A DNA stretch of 32,000 bases, from the NCBI RefSeq assembly GCF_000017305.1, contig NC_009664.2, forward strand, positions 870,001-902,000. The letters are read 5' to 3'. This document shows, piece after piece, positions 1 to 8,442 of the stretch (positions are counted from its first letter, which is position 1; every line of letters begins with the position of its first letter). The DNA comes from Kineococcus radiotolerans SRS30216 = ATCC BAA-149. Its GTDB lineage: Bacteria > Actinomycetota > Actinomycetes > Actinomycetales > Kineococcaceae. Below the pieces are notes generated by a model. The model ran no database searches. It was not told where the DNA came from and saw nothing but the letters and a program-made list of their open reading frames with translations. A program made the position numbers and the translations under genes.

Positions 1-6
1 CAGGGG

Positions 7-1512
7 TCAGAGCGTGGCGCGCAGCCGGCGCAGCCGGGCCAGCGAGGACTCCCGGCCGAGGATCTCCATGGACTCGAACAGCGGCGGCGACACCCGGCGG
101 CCGGTGACGGCGGTGCGCAGCGGGGCGAAGGCGAACTTGGGCTTGACCCCCAGGCCCTCCACCACGGCCGCGCGCAGCGCCGCCTCCAGGTCCGCGGTCG
201 TCCAGCCCGTCAGGGCCTCCAGGGCGGCGAGGGAGGCGTCCAGCACGTCGGCCGCCTCCGGCCGCAGCGCCGCCGTCGCGTCCGGCTCCAGCACCACGTC
301 CCCGTCCGCGACGAAGAGGAACCCCAGCATCCCGGGGGCCTGCCCCAGCAGGGTCATGCGCTCCTGCACCAGCGGCGCCGCCGCGGCCAGCCGCTCCAGC
401 TGCTCGGGCGAGGGCTGCGCGGGCAGCACGCCGGCCGCCTGCAGGTACGGCACGAGGCGCCCGCGGAAGTCCTCCGGGGCCAGCAGCCGCAGGTGCGCGG
501 CGTTGATCGCCTCGGCCTTGGCCACGTCGAAGCGCGCGGGCGAGGCGTTGACGTCGGCCACGTCGAAGGCGGCCACCATCTCCTCGACGCTGAAGACGTC
601 GCGGTCCTCGGAGATCCCCCAGCCCAGCAGCGCGAGGTAGTTGAGCAGGCCCTCGCGGATGAACCCGCGGTCGCGGTGGTGGAAGAGGTTGGACTCCGGG
701 TCCCGCTTGGACAGCTTCTTGCTGCCCTCGCCCGTGACGTAGGGCAGGTGCCCGAACAGGGGCACCGCCTGCGAGACGCCGATGTCGACCAGCGCCTCGT
801 GCAGCGCGATCTGGCGCGGGGTGGAGGACAGCAGGTCCTCCCCCCGCAGGACGTGGGTGATCCCCATGAGCGCGTCGTCGACGGGGTTCACCAGCGTGTA
901 GAGGGGGTCGCCGTTGGCGCGGACCAGCACCGGGTCGGGGAAGGAGCCGGCCTTGAACTCGATGCGCCCGCGCACCACGTCGTCGAAGGAGTAGTCCCGG
1001 CCCTCCGGCAGCCGCAGCCGCAGCGTGGGCTCGCGCCCCTCGGCGCGGAACGCGGCGACCTGCTCGGGGGTCAGGTCGCGGTCGAACCCGTCGTAACCCA
1101 GGACCTTGGGGCGGCCGGCCGCCTCGTGGCGGGCCTCGATCTCCTCGGCGGTGGAGAAGGACTCGTAGAGGTGCCCGGCCTCGCGCAGCCGGCGCACGAC
1201 GTCGTCGTAGACCGGGCGGCGCAGGCTCTGGCGGTAGGGCTCGTGGGGGCCACCGACGCCGATGCCCTCGTCCCAGTCCAGCCCCAGCCAGTCCAGCGCG
1301 TCGAGGATCTGGGCGTAGCTCTCCTCGCTGTCGCGGGCGGCGTCGGTGTCCTCGATGCGGAAGACGAAGGTGCCGCCGGTGTGACGGGCGTGGGCCCAGT
1401 TGAACAGGGCCGTCCGGATCAGGCCGACGTGCGGCGTCCCGGTGGGCGAGGGGCAAAAGCGGACACGGACGGGCGAGGTGCCCGGGGCGGGGGGTGCGGC
1501 GATGTCAGTCAT
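7..1512 (-). CDS. gltX: glutamate--tRNA ligase
   Basis: 501-aa ORF with a class I aaRS HIGH-type region ([18 protein letters not shown]) and a KMSKS-type motif (KLSKR). The whole length looks like bacterial GltX. ATG at 1510-1512. Confidence 0.95.
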   Translation of the reverse strand: MTDIAAPPAPGTSPVRVRFCPSPTGTPHVGLIRTALFNWAHARHTGGTFVFRIEDTDAARDSEESYAQILDALDWLGLDWDEGIGVGGPHEPYRQSLRRPVYDDVVRRLREAGHLYESFSTAEEIEARHEAAGRPKVLGYDGFDRDLTPEQVAAFRAEGREPTLRLRLPEGRDYSFDDVVRGRIEFKAGSFPDPVLVRANGDPLYTLVNPVDDALMGITHVLRGEDLLSSTPRQIALHEALVDIGVSQAVPLFGHLPYVTGEGSKKLSKRDPESNLFHHRDRGFIREGLLNYLALLGWGISEDRDVFSVEEMVAAFDVADVNASPARFDVAKAEAINAAHLRLLAPEDFRGRLVPYLQAAGVLPAQPSPEQLERLAAAAPLVQERMTLLGQAPGMLGFLFVADGDVVLEPDATAALRPEAADVLDASLAALEALTGWTTADLEAALRAAVVEGLGVKPKFAFAPLRTAVTGRRVSPPLFESMEILGRESSLARLRRLRATL

Positions 1513-1682
1513 GGCCCGCCCAGCCTATTCGGGCGTACGGGTCGACGGCCCTGCATCCACCCGGGTGGTTGCGCAGAGTCACTGGTAGGCCGTCCGGGTG
1601 GCGGGGCCGGTCACCCTGCGTCACGCGTGTCAGCGTTCTCGCACCAGCCCCCGCTCCCCCGCCGCCCCCTCCGGAGGACCCC

Positions 1683-2327
1683 GTGACCCGCCCCCCGCTC
1701 CGCCTCGCCGCCGCCGCGCTGCTGCTCCCGCTGGCGGGTCTGACCGCCTGCGGCTCCGTGCAGGCCGCTGCCGGTCCGCTCGTGTCGGGCACCACCCCCA
1801 CGCCGACCGCGACGGCCACCGCGACCCCGGCCCCCGTCCCCGTCGAGCCCGTCGTCAACGACCTCGCGCTGGGCTCGGCCCACCACGAGCTGCGGGCCGG
1901 CGGCATGAGCCTCGCCGTGGACTACTGGTCCACCCTCGACATGGCCGGGTGGACCGCCGGCGCCGCGAAGCCGGTGCAGCTCGCCGCCACCGTCACCGGC
2001 CCGAACCTGGGCACGGGCAAGAAGCAGCAGAAGGCCTACATCAGCACCTTCAGCGTGACCTCCTCGGCCGTCGCCGCCGACGGCACGGTCACCCCGCCGA
2101 CCACCGTGCAGGACGTCTCGCGCCAGGCGCCCGGCTACCTCGCCATGGCCCCGTACGCGTACTCCACGTCGTTCGTCGTGCCGGCCGTCCCCGAGGGCAC
2201 CCGCAGCGTCGAACTGCTCATCACCTACGACGTGCTCGAGCAGAGCGCGCCCGGGGCGGGCGACTACTCCAAGCAGACCGCCACGGACACCCTCACGATC
2301 GCGATCACCCCGCCCGCCGGGAGCTGA
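1683..2327 (+). CDS. secreted lipoprotein of unknown function
   Basis: In-frame GTG at 1683 sits 4 nt after GGAGGA (1673-1678). The N-terminus VTRPPLRLAAAALLLPLAGLTAC is a signal peptide with a lipobox (LTAC), followed by a T/P/A-rich linker. The upstream part of the 1494 ORF is R/P-rich and not protein-like. Confidence 0.7.
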   Translation: MTRPPLRLAAAALLLPLAGLTACGSVQAAAGPLVSGTTPTPTATATATPAPVPVEPVVNDLALGSAHHELRAGGMSLAVDYWSTLDMAGWTAGAAKPVQLAATVTGPNLGTGKKQQKAYISTFSVTSSAVAADGTVTPPTTVQDVSRQAPGYLAMAPYAYSTSFVVPAVPEGTRSVELLITYDVLEQSAPGAGDYSKQTATDTLTIAITPPAGS

Positions 2328-2330
2328 GGC

Positions 2331-3134
2331 TCAGCCGCGCTCGGGTGCGGCGAACGTCGTGGAGAGGACCCCGAGCCCCTCGATCTCGACCTCGACGCGC
2401 TGACCGGCCCGGACCGGGCCGACTCCCGCGGGGGTCCCGGTGAGGATGACGTCGCCGGGCAGCAGCGTCATGGCCGAGGAGACGTGGGCGACGATCGCGG
2501 CGACGTCGTGGACCATGAGCGAGGTCCGGCCGTCCTGGACGACCTCGACCTCCTCGCCGGTGATGCGCCGGGTCTCGATGCGCAGGTCGGAGGGGTCGAG
2601 GTCGGTCTCGATCCACGGCCCGATCGGGGTGAACCCGTCGGCGCCCTTCGCCCGCCACCACTGCTGGTCCGGGCCCTGCAGCGAGCGGGCCGTGATGTCG
2701 TTGGCGACCGTGTACCCGAAGACGACCTCGGGCACGCGCTCCACCGGGACGTCCTTGCACAGGCGGCGGATCACCACGGCCAGCTCGCCCTCGTAGTGCA
2801 GCTCCTCCCCCGCCCAGGCCGGGATCACCAGCGGGTCCCCCGGTCCGGCCACGGAGGTGTTCGGGACGGTGAAGACCAGGGGTTCCGCCGGGACCTCGTT
2901 GCCGAGCTCCGCCGCGTGCGCGGCGTAGTTGCGCCCGATCCCCAGCACCTTCGAGCGCGGGATCACCGGGGCCAGCAGCCGCGCGTCGGCCAGCGGCACG
3001 CGCTCGCCGGTCGGGCTCAGCGGCGTGAAGAGCGGGTCACCGGCGACGACGACGACCTCCTCCTCGCCCGGGGCGCCCTCGACGACGCCGTAGCGCGGGT
3101 CGGAACCGCTGGAGGAGAACCTGGCGATGCGCAT
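2331..3134 (-). CDS. fumarylacetoacetate hydrolase (FAH) family protein, HpcE/YcgM-like
   Basis: 267-aa ORF with FAH-family signatures (HYEGELAVVI, GYTVANDITARSLQ, PGDVILTGTPAGVG). An FAH-family gene sits beside gltS in M. tuberculosis (recalled synteny). Confidence 0.85.
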   Translation of the reverse strand: MRIARFSSSGSDPRYGVVEGAPGEEEVVVVAGDPLFTPLSPTGERVPLADARLLAPVIPRSKVLGIGRNYAAHAAELGNEVPAEPLVFTVPNTSVAGPGDPLVIPAWAGEELHYEGELAVVIRRLCKDVPVERVPEVVFGYTVANDITARSLQGPDQQWWRAKGADGFTPIGPWIETDLDPSDLRIETRRITGEEVEVVQDGRTSLMVHDVAAIVAHVSSAMTLLPGDVILTGTPAGVGPVRAGQRVEVEIEGLGVLSTTFAAPERG

Positions 3135-3166
3135 GGCGTCACCCTAGTGCGCGCCGGAGGAGGCCC

Positions 3167-4291
3167 TCAGACGAGGCGGTGCAGCCAGCCGTGGGTGTCC
3201 TCGGCGCGGCCGTACTGGATGTCCAGCAGCCGCTCGCGGATCGCCAGGGTGACCTCCCCGGCCTGCCCGGTGCCGTGGGAGAGTTCCCCGTCGGCGGAGA
3301 CCAGCTTGCCCACCGGGGTCACGGCAGCCGCTGTGCCGCAGGCGAACACCTCGGTGATCCGGCCCGAGGCCACGCCCTCGCGCCACTCGTCGATGCTGAC
3401 CCGGCGCTCGCGGACCTCGTGCCCGAGGTCCGCGGCGAGCTCCACGATGGAGGCGCGGGTGATCCCCTCCAGGATGGTGCCGGTCAGCTCCGGGGTGACG
3501 ATGCTGCCGTCGTCGTGGACGAAGTAGAGGTTCATCCCGCCGAGCTCCTCGACGTAGCGCTGCTCGGCGGCGTCGAGGAAGCAGACCTGGTCGCAGCCGT
3601 GCGCGCCGGCTTCCTCCTGGGCGACGAGGCTGGCGGCGTAGTTGCCGCCGCACTTGGCCGACCCGGTGCCGCCCAGGGAGGCGCGGGTGTAGTTCTGCGA
3701 CAGCCAGATCGAGACGGGCTTCACCCCGCCGGGGAAGTAGCTGCCGGCCGGGGAGGCGATGACGAGGAACTTCACCTCGTGCGCGGCGCGGACCCCGAGG
3801 AAGGCCTCGGTGGCGACCATGAACGGCCGCAGGTACAGCGAGGACTCCCCGCCGCTGGGCACCCACGCCTCGTCGGTGCGCACGAGCTGGGTGACGGCCT
3901 CGAGGAAGGCGTCCTCCCCGAGCTCGGGCAGGGCCAGGCGACGGGCCGAGCGCGCCATCCGGGCCGCGTTGGCCCGCGGGCGGAACGTCCAGACGCTGCC
4001 GTCGGCGTGCCGGTAGGCCTTCAGGCCCTCGAAGACCTCCTGGGCGTAGTGCAGCACCGCCGCCGCGGGGTCGAGCTGGAGGGGCCCGTAGGGGACGACG
4101 GCCGCGTCGTGCCAGCCGGTGCCCCGCGTCCACGTCGCGACGGCCATGTGGTCGGTGAAGAACCTCCCGAACCCGGGGGCCGCCAGGATCTCGGCCCGGC
4201 GCTCCGCCGCCACGGGCGCGGCCGACGGCCTGACGGGGAACGTCAGCGGGGCGGCGGACCCGGTGGTGGTGGCGGTCGTCGTGGCGCTCAT
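3167..4291 (-). CDS. ilvE: branched-chain amino acid aminotransferase
   Basis: Start taken at ATG 4289-4291 (MSATTT...), preceded by AGGAGGA. Class IV aminotransferase motifs are present (FEGLKAYR, GTGSAKCGGNYAASL). The ORF-track extension to 4822 is R/P-rich and overlaps leuB. Confidence 0.93.
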   Translation of the reverse strand: MSATTTATTTGSAAPLTFPVRPSAAPVAAERRAEILAAPGFGRFFTDHMAVATWTRGTGWHDAAVVPYGPLQLDPAAAVLHYAQEVFEGLKAYRHADGSVWTFRPRANAARMARSARRLALPELGEDAFLEAVTQLVRTDEAWVPSGGESSLYLRPFMVATEAFLGVRAAHEVKFLVIASPAGSYFPGGVKPVSIWLSQNYTRASLGGTGSAKCGGNYAASLVAQEEAGAHGCDQVCFLDAAEQRYVEELGGMNLYFVHDDGSIVTPELTGTILEGITRASIVELAADLGHEVRERRVSIDEWREGVASGRITEVFACGTAAAVTPVGKLVSADGELSHGTGQAGEVTLAIRERLLDIQYGRAEDTHGWLHRLV

Positions 4292-4362
4292 GCGCGGTCT
4301 CCTCCTGGCCTGGCGGTGGTGGGTCGACGGTACCCCGGGCGCGGGCGCCGGGACCGGGCGGT

Positions 4363-5409
4363 TCAGCCGACGGCGGCGGCCAGCGCGTCGCCCACCGCGG
4401 ACGTGCTCCGGGTCCCGACCTCCCCGGTGGCCCGGCGGGCCAGGTCGGCGGCGACGGCGGCCTCGACGCGGGCGGCGAGGTCGTCCCGGCCCAGGTGCGC
4501 GAGGAGCAGGGAGACCGACAGCACCGCGGCCGTCGGGTCGGCGATCTGCTGCCCGGCGATGTCGGGGGCGGACCCGTGGACGGGTTCGAACATGCTCGGG
4601 GTGGTCCGGTCGGGGTTGACGTTGCCCGAGGCGGCCAGCCCGATGCCGCCGGTCACCGCGGCGGCGAGGTCGGTGAGGATGTCGCCGAAGAGGTTGTCGG
4701 TGACGATCACGTCGAACCGGGCCGGGTCGGTGACCAGGAAGATCGTCGCCGCGTCGACGTGCAGGTAGTCGACGGCCACGTCGGGGAACTCCGCCCCGAC
4801 GGCCTCGACGGTGCGCCGCCACAGGTGGCCGGCGTGCACCAGCACGTTGTGCTTGTGGACGAGGGTGAGCTTGCGGCGCGGGCGCGCGGCGGCGCGGGCG
4901 AAGGCGTCGCGCACGACGCGCTCCACGCCGAAGGCGGTGTTGACGCTGACCTCGGTGGCGATCTCCTGGGGGGTGCCGACGCGCAGGGCGCCGCCGTTGC
5001 CGACGTAGGGGCCCTCGGTGCCCTCGCGCACGACGACGAAGTCGATCTCGCCGGGGTCGCCCAGCGGGCTGGGCACGCCGGGGTGGAGCTTGGAGGGGCG
5101 CAGGTTGACGTGGTGGTCGAGGGCGAAGCGCAGCTTCAGCAGGAGACCGCGCTCGAGGACGCCGCTGGGGACGCTGGGGTCGCCGACGGCGCCGAGCAGG
5201 ATCGCGTCGTGCCCGCGCAGCTCCTCGAGGACGCTGTCGGGGAGGGTCTCGCCGGTGCGGTGGTAGAGCCGGGCGCCGAGGTCGTACTCGGTGGTGGCGA
5301 CCCGCCCGCCCCCGCCGAGCACCGCGGTGAGGACCTTGAGGGCCTCGACCGTCACCTCCTGGCCGATGCCGTCGCCGGGGATGACCGCGAGCCTCAGGGT
5401 GTCCACCAT
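4363..5409 (-). CDS. leuB: 3-isopropylmalate dehydrogenase
   Basis: Start at ATG 5407-5409 ([19 protein letters not shown]). Motifs [17 protein letters not shown] and [23 protein letters not shown] give a 348-aa product typical of actinobacterial LeuB. The rest of the 1012-aa ORF is an artefactual extension. Confidence 0.95.
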   Translation of the reverse strand: MVDTLRLAVIPGDGIGQEVTVEALKVLTAVLGGGGRVATTEYDLGARLYHRTGETLPDSVLEELRGHDAILLGAVGDPSVPSGVLERGLLLKLRFALDHHVNLRPSKLHPGVPSPLGDPGEIDFVVVREGTEGPYVGNGGALRVGTPQEIATEVSVNTAFGVERVVRDAFARAAARPRRKLTLVHKHNVLVHAGHLWRRTVEAVGAEFPDVAVDYLHVDAATIFLVTDPARFDVIVTDNLFGDILTDLAAAVTGGIGLAASGNVNPDRTTPSMFEPVHGSAPDIAGQQIADPTAAVLSVSLLLAHLGRDDLAARVEAAVAADLARRATGEVGTRSTSAVGDALAAAVG

Positions 5410-5416
5410 GCGCGCG

Positions 5417-5422
5417 AGGGTA
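5417..5422 (-). promoter_or_regulatory. candidate -10 hexamer (TACCCT) for a leaderless leuB transcript
   Basis: TANNNT-type hexamer lies 7 nt upstream of the leuB ATG, with no Shine-Dalgarno sequence in between. Confidence 0.35.
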
Positions 5423-5544
5423 GCCGAGGCCCGCCCCCGGACGTCCGGCATGCGGTCACCGCGTCTCGAGGGGTGGACACCTCCACCCGTGGGAGGACCC
5501 CGCGGGTCGTCCTGCGGTCCGACGACCGCGACCGCGGGGATCCC

Positions 5545-5550
5545 TACGCT
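5545..5550 (+). promoter_or_regulatory. candidate -10 hexamer (TACGCT) for a leaderless sensor-kinase transcript
   Basis: TANNNT-type hexamer lies 6 nt upstream of GTG 5557, with no Shine-Dalgarno sequence. Confidence 0.35.
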
Positions 5551-5556
5551 GGGACC

Positions 5557-6741
5557 GTGCCGAGGGAACCCGCGCTGGACGTCTTCGACCGCCTCGTGGG
5601 GTGGGCGCGGGCCAACAGCCTGCTCCTCGACGCCCTCGGCGCGCTGGTGCTCGCCGCGCTCGCCGGGCTCTTCAGCGCCGCCGACAGCGTCGGCGGGGGG
5701 ACGTTCGCCGGGTTCGTGGGCCTGGCGATGTGCCTGCCCCTGGCCGTGCGGCGCCGCTTCCCCGAGGTCTCCGGCGCCCTGGTGGCCTTCTTTGGCCTCC
5801 TCCAGGTCCTCGCGCCCTCGCCGTCGTTCGGGAACGTCGCCGTGCTCGTCGCGGTCTACTCCCTGGCCGCCTACGCCCGGCGCTGGGCCTCCCTCGGCGG
5901 GCTGGCCCTCGGGCTGTTCGGCGCGCCCCTGTGCTCGCTGCGGTTCTTCGGCACCAGCGGGGTGGCCTCGGTGGTGGTGGCCGCGATGTTCATCGGCGTC
6001 ATGGTCCTGGCCTCCTGGGCGCTGGGCAGCCTGCGCCGGGCGAGCCGGCAGAACGAGCTCGCCCTCGTCGAGCGCGCCCGGCTGCTGGAGGTCGAGCGGG
6101 AGAACGAGTCCCGCCTCGCCGCCACCGCCGAGCGCCAGCGCATCGCCCGCGAGATGCACGACGTCGTGGCGCACTCCCTGTCGGTGATCATCGCCCAGGC
6201 CGACGGGGGGCGCTACGCCGCGGGCGCGGACCCGGCCGTGGCGGTGCGGGTCCTCGAGACCATCTCCGGCACCGGGCGGCAGGCGCTGAGCGACATGCGC
6301 AACCTGCTCGGGGTGCTGCGCCAGGGCCCGGGCGACGAGCGCGCCCCCCAGCCGGACGCGCGGATGATCCCCGACCTCGTCGAGCAGGTCCGGGCCAGCG
6401 GGCTGGAGGTCGACACCGAGGTGGTCGGGCGGGCGCGCGACCTGCCGCCCGCGATCGGCCTGGCCGCCTACCGGATCGTGCAGGAGTCCCTGACCAACGT
6501 CCTCAAGCACGCCGGGCCCCGGGCCCGCACCCACGTCGTGGTCCGCTGGGACGACGACGCGCTGCGCCTCGGCGTCGAGGACGACGGGCGGGGCGCGGCG
6601 GCCATGCTGCAGCCCAGCCCGGGCGGGCAGGGCCTGGTGGGGATGGCCGAGCGCGCCCGCCTGCACGGGGGGTCGGTGGCGTCGGGTCCGCGCCCCGGCG
6701 GGGGTTTCACCGTGCGGGCGACCCTTCCCTACAGTTCCTGA
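5557..6741 (+). CDS. sensor histidine kinase, HisKA_3/NarL-partner type, intramembrane-sensing architecture
   Basis: In-frame GTG at 5557. The N-terminal ~190 aa consist of several hydrophobic helices with no large extracytoplasmic domain. H-box [14 protein letters not shown]-box [11 protein letters not shown], and G-box DDGRG...[11 protein letters not shown] are present. Confidence 0.85.
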   Translation: MPREPALDVFDRLVGWARANSLLLDALGALVLAALAGLFSAADSVGGGTFAGFVGLAMCLPLAVRRRFPEVSGALVAFFGLLQVLAPSPSFGNVAVLVAVYSLAAYARRWASLGGLALGLFGAPLCSLRFFGTSGVASVVVAAMFIGVMVLASWALGSLRRASRQNELALVERARLLEVERENESRLAATAERQRIAREMHDVVAHSLSVIIAQADGGRYAAGADPAVAVRVLETISGTGRQALSDMRNLLGVLRQGPGDERAPQPDARMIPDLVEQVRASGLEVDTEVVGRARDLPPAIGLAAYRIVQESLTNVLKHAGPRARTHVVVRWDDDALRLGVEDDGRGAAAMLQPSPGGQGLVGMAERARLHGGSVASGPRPGGGFTVRATLPYSS

Positions 6742-6760
6742 CGTGACAGTTCCCGACGTG
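6731..6760 (+). repeat. tandem 15-nt duplication (ACAGTTCCTGACGTG / ACAGTTCCCGACGTG)
   Basis: Two adjacent 15-mers match at 14 of 15 positions. Unit 1 contains the kinase stop codon (TGA 6739-6741). Each unit ends in a GTG that is in frame with the response regulator (6743 and 6758). Confidence 0.9.
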
Positions 6761-7492
6761 ACCGAACCCGCGATGAGCCCGATCCGCGTCGTCCTCGTCG
6801 ACGACCAGCAACTCGTCCGCGCCGGGTTCCGCATGGTCCTGGACTCCCAGCCGGACCTGCAGGTCGTCGCGGAGGCCTCCGACGGCGCCGACGCCGTGCG
6901 GGTCGTCGCCGCGACCCCGTGCGACGTGGTCCTGATGGACGTCCGCATGCCGGGCCTCGACGGCATCGAGGCGACCCGGCGCATCACCGGCAGCGGCACC
7001 GCCGGGGCCGGTCCCGACGCGGGCGCGCCCAAGGTCGTCGTGCTGACCACCTTCGACCTCGACGAGTACGTCGTGGCCGCCATCGGCGCCGGGGCCAGCG
7101 GGTTCCTGCTCAAGGACGCGCCCCCCGAGGAACTCCTCGCCGCCGTGCGCACCGTGCACTCCGGTGACGCGGTCATCGCCGCGAGCTCGACCCGCAGGTT
7201 GCTGCAGCACGTGGGGCCGATGCTGCGCGCCGGGGCCGCGAGCCCGGCGGCCGCCGCGCAGGGGGTCCCCGCGGACCTGACCCCCCGCGAGCTGGAGGTC
7301 CTGGAGTGCATGGCGCACGGGTTGTCCAACGGTGAGATCGCGGCCCGGTTCGTCGTCTCGGAGGCGACGGTGAAGACCCACGTCGGGCGGGTGCTGGCCA
7401 AGACGCGCTCGCGCGACCGCGTCCAGGCCGTCGTGCTCGCCTACGCGGCCGGTCTCGTCCAGCCCGGGGACGTGCTGCGCGACGCCCGCTGA
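6743..7492 (+). CDS. response regulator, NarL/LuxR family
   Basis: Receiver-domain motifs ([24 protein letters not shown]) and a LuxR helix-turn-helix ([36 protein letters not shown]). The start is ambiguous among GTG 6743, GTG 6758 and ATG 6773 ([11 protein letters not shown]); none has a clear SD. Confidence 0.88.
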   Translation: MTVPDVTEPAMSPIRVVLVDDQQLVRAGFRMVLDSQPDLQVVAEASDGADAVRVVAATPCDVVLMDVRMPGLDGIEATRRITGSGTAGAGPDAGAPKVVVLTTFDLDEYVVAAIGAGASGFLLKDAPPEELLAAVRTVHSGDAVIAASSTRRLLQHVGPMLRAGAASPAAAAQGVPADLTPRELEVLECMAHGLSNGEIAARFVVSEATVKTHVGRVLAKTRSRDRVQAVVLAYAAGLVQPGDVLRDAR

Positions 7493-7494
7493 GC

Positions 7495-7522
7495 ACGGGC
7501 GGCCCGGCCCCGGGCCGCCCGT
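7495..7522 (+). terminator. GC-rich perfect hairpin downstream of the response regulator (no U-tract)
   Basis: ACGGGCGGCCCGG (7495-7507) and CCGGGCCGCCCGT (7510-7522) are exact reverse complements, starting 2 nt after the stop codon. Confidence 0.5.
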
Positions 7523-7662
7523 CGTCCACCCACGGGATGACCCCCGGGGTCGTCCTCCCCCGCTGGTCCCACACCCGGGATCCCCTCCGGGCCCGACGCC
7601 GCGGGCGCCGCCGCTCCCTAGCGTCGGAGGCGTCAGGAACGCCTGCGACCGGGGAGAACACC

Positions 7663-8439
7663 GTGCCAGAACCCAGCCACCGCGCCACCGTGGCGCAGAC
7701 CGTCCGAGACGCCGCGCACCCCGCGGTGCGCGCGGTCGGGCTGCGCAAGACCTACGGCCGCGGCGACGCCGTCGTGCACGCCCTCGCCGGGGTGGACGTG
7801 GAGTTCACCCGTGGGGAGTTCACCGCCATCATGGGTCCCTCCGGGTCCGGCAAGTCCACGCTCATGCACTGCCTCGCCGGGCTGGACACCGCCTCCGCGG
7901 GCCGGGTGTTCCTGGGCGAGACCGAGCTGACCGCCCTCAAGGACGCCGAGCTCACGCGGCTGCGCCGCGAGCGCATCGGCTTCGTCTTCCAGAGCTTCAA
8001 CCTCCTGCCCGTCCTCGACGCCGCGGAGAACATGCTGCTGCCGCTGCGGCTGGCCGGGCGCGAACCGGACCCCGCCTGGCGCGAGGACGTGGTGCGCCGG
8101 CTGGGGCTGAGCGACCGCCTCACCCACAAGCCCCACGAGCTCTCCGGGGGCCAGCAGCAGCGCGTCGCGGTGGCGCGGGCCCTGCTCCCGCGACCGGACG
8201 TGGTGTTCGCCGACGAACCCACCGGGAACCTCGACTCCCGCGCCGGCGCGGAGGTCCTCAGCCTGCTGCGCGGCAGCGTGCGCGAGTTCGGCCAGACCGT
8301 CGTCATGGTCACCCACGACCCGGTGGCCGCCAGCTACGCCGACCGCGTCGTCCTCATCGCCGACGGCGGTCTGGCGGGTGGGCTGACCAGCCCCACGCCC
8401 GACGACGTCATCGACGCCCTGCGCACCCTGGGGGCCTGA
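7663..8439 (+). CDS. ABC transporter ATP-binding protein, MacB/FtsE/LolD-like
   Basis: GTG 7663 follows GGGGAGA. Walker A GPSGSGKST, signature LSGGQQQRVAVARAL and Walker B VVFADEPTGNLD are present. The upstream part of the 7537 ORF is R-rich and unlikely to be coding. Confidence 0.9.
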   Translation: MPEPSHRATVAQTVRDAAHPAVRAVGLRKTYGRGDAVVHALAGVDVEFTRGEFTAIMGPSGSGKSTLMHCLAGLDTASAGRVFLGETELTALKDAELTRLRRERIGFVFQSFNLLPVLDAAENMLLPLRLAGREPDPAWREDVVRRLGLSDRLTHKPHELSGGQQQRVAVARALLPRPDVVFADEPTGNLDSRAGAEVLSLLRGSVREFGQTVVMVTHDPVAASYADRVVLIADGGLAGGLTSPTPDDVIDALRTLGA

Positions 8440-8442
8440 ACC

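Noticed and set aside
1513-1682. 170-nt gltX/lipoprotein divergent intergenic region, checked for a T-box or other leader RNA.
   Set aside because: I recognised no specifier or T-box sequence or other conserved riboswitch core, only promoter-like and SD elements.
4292-4822. N-terminal extensions in the ORF track: ilvE to 4822, leuB to 7401, the sensor kinase from 4495, ilvN to 22601, LacI from 24544, nasN to 31908, the LLM gene to 13375 and the lipoprotein from 1494.
   Set aside because: The extended parts are R/P-rich, overlap neighbouring well-supported genes, and are followed by internal starts that give family-typical N-termini, often with an SD or a -10 element.
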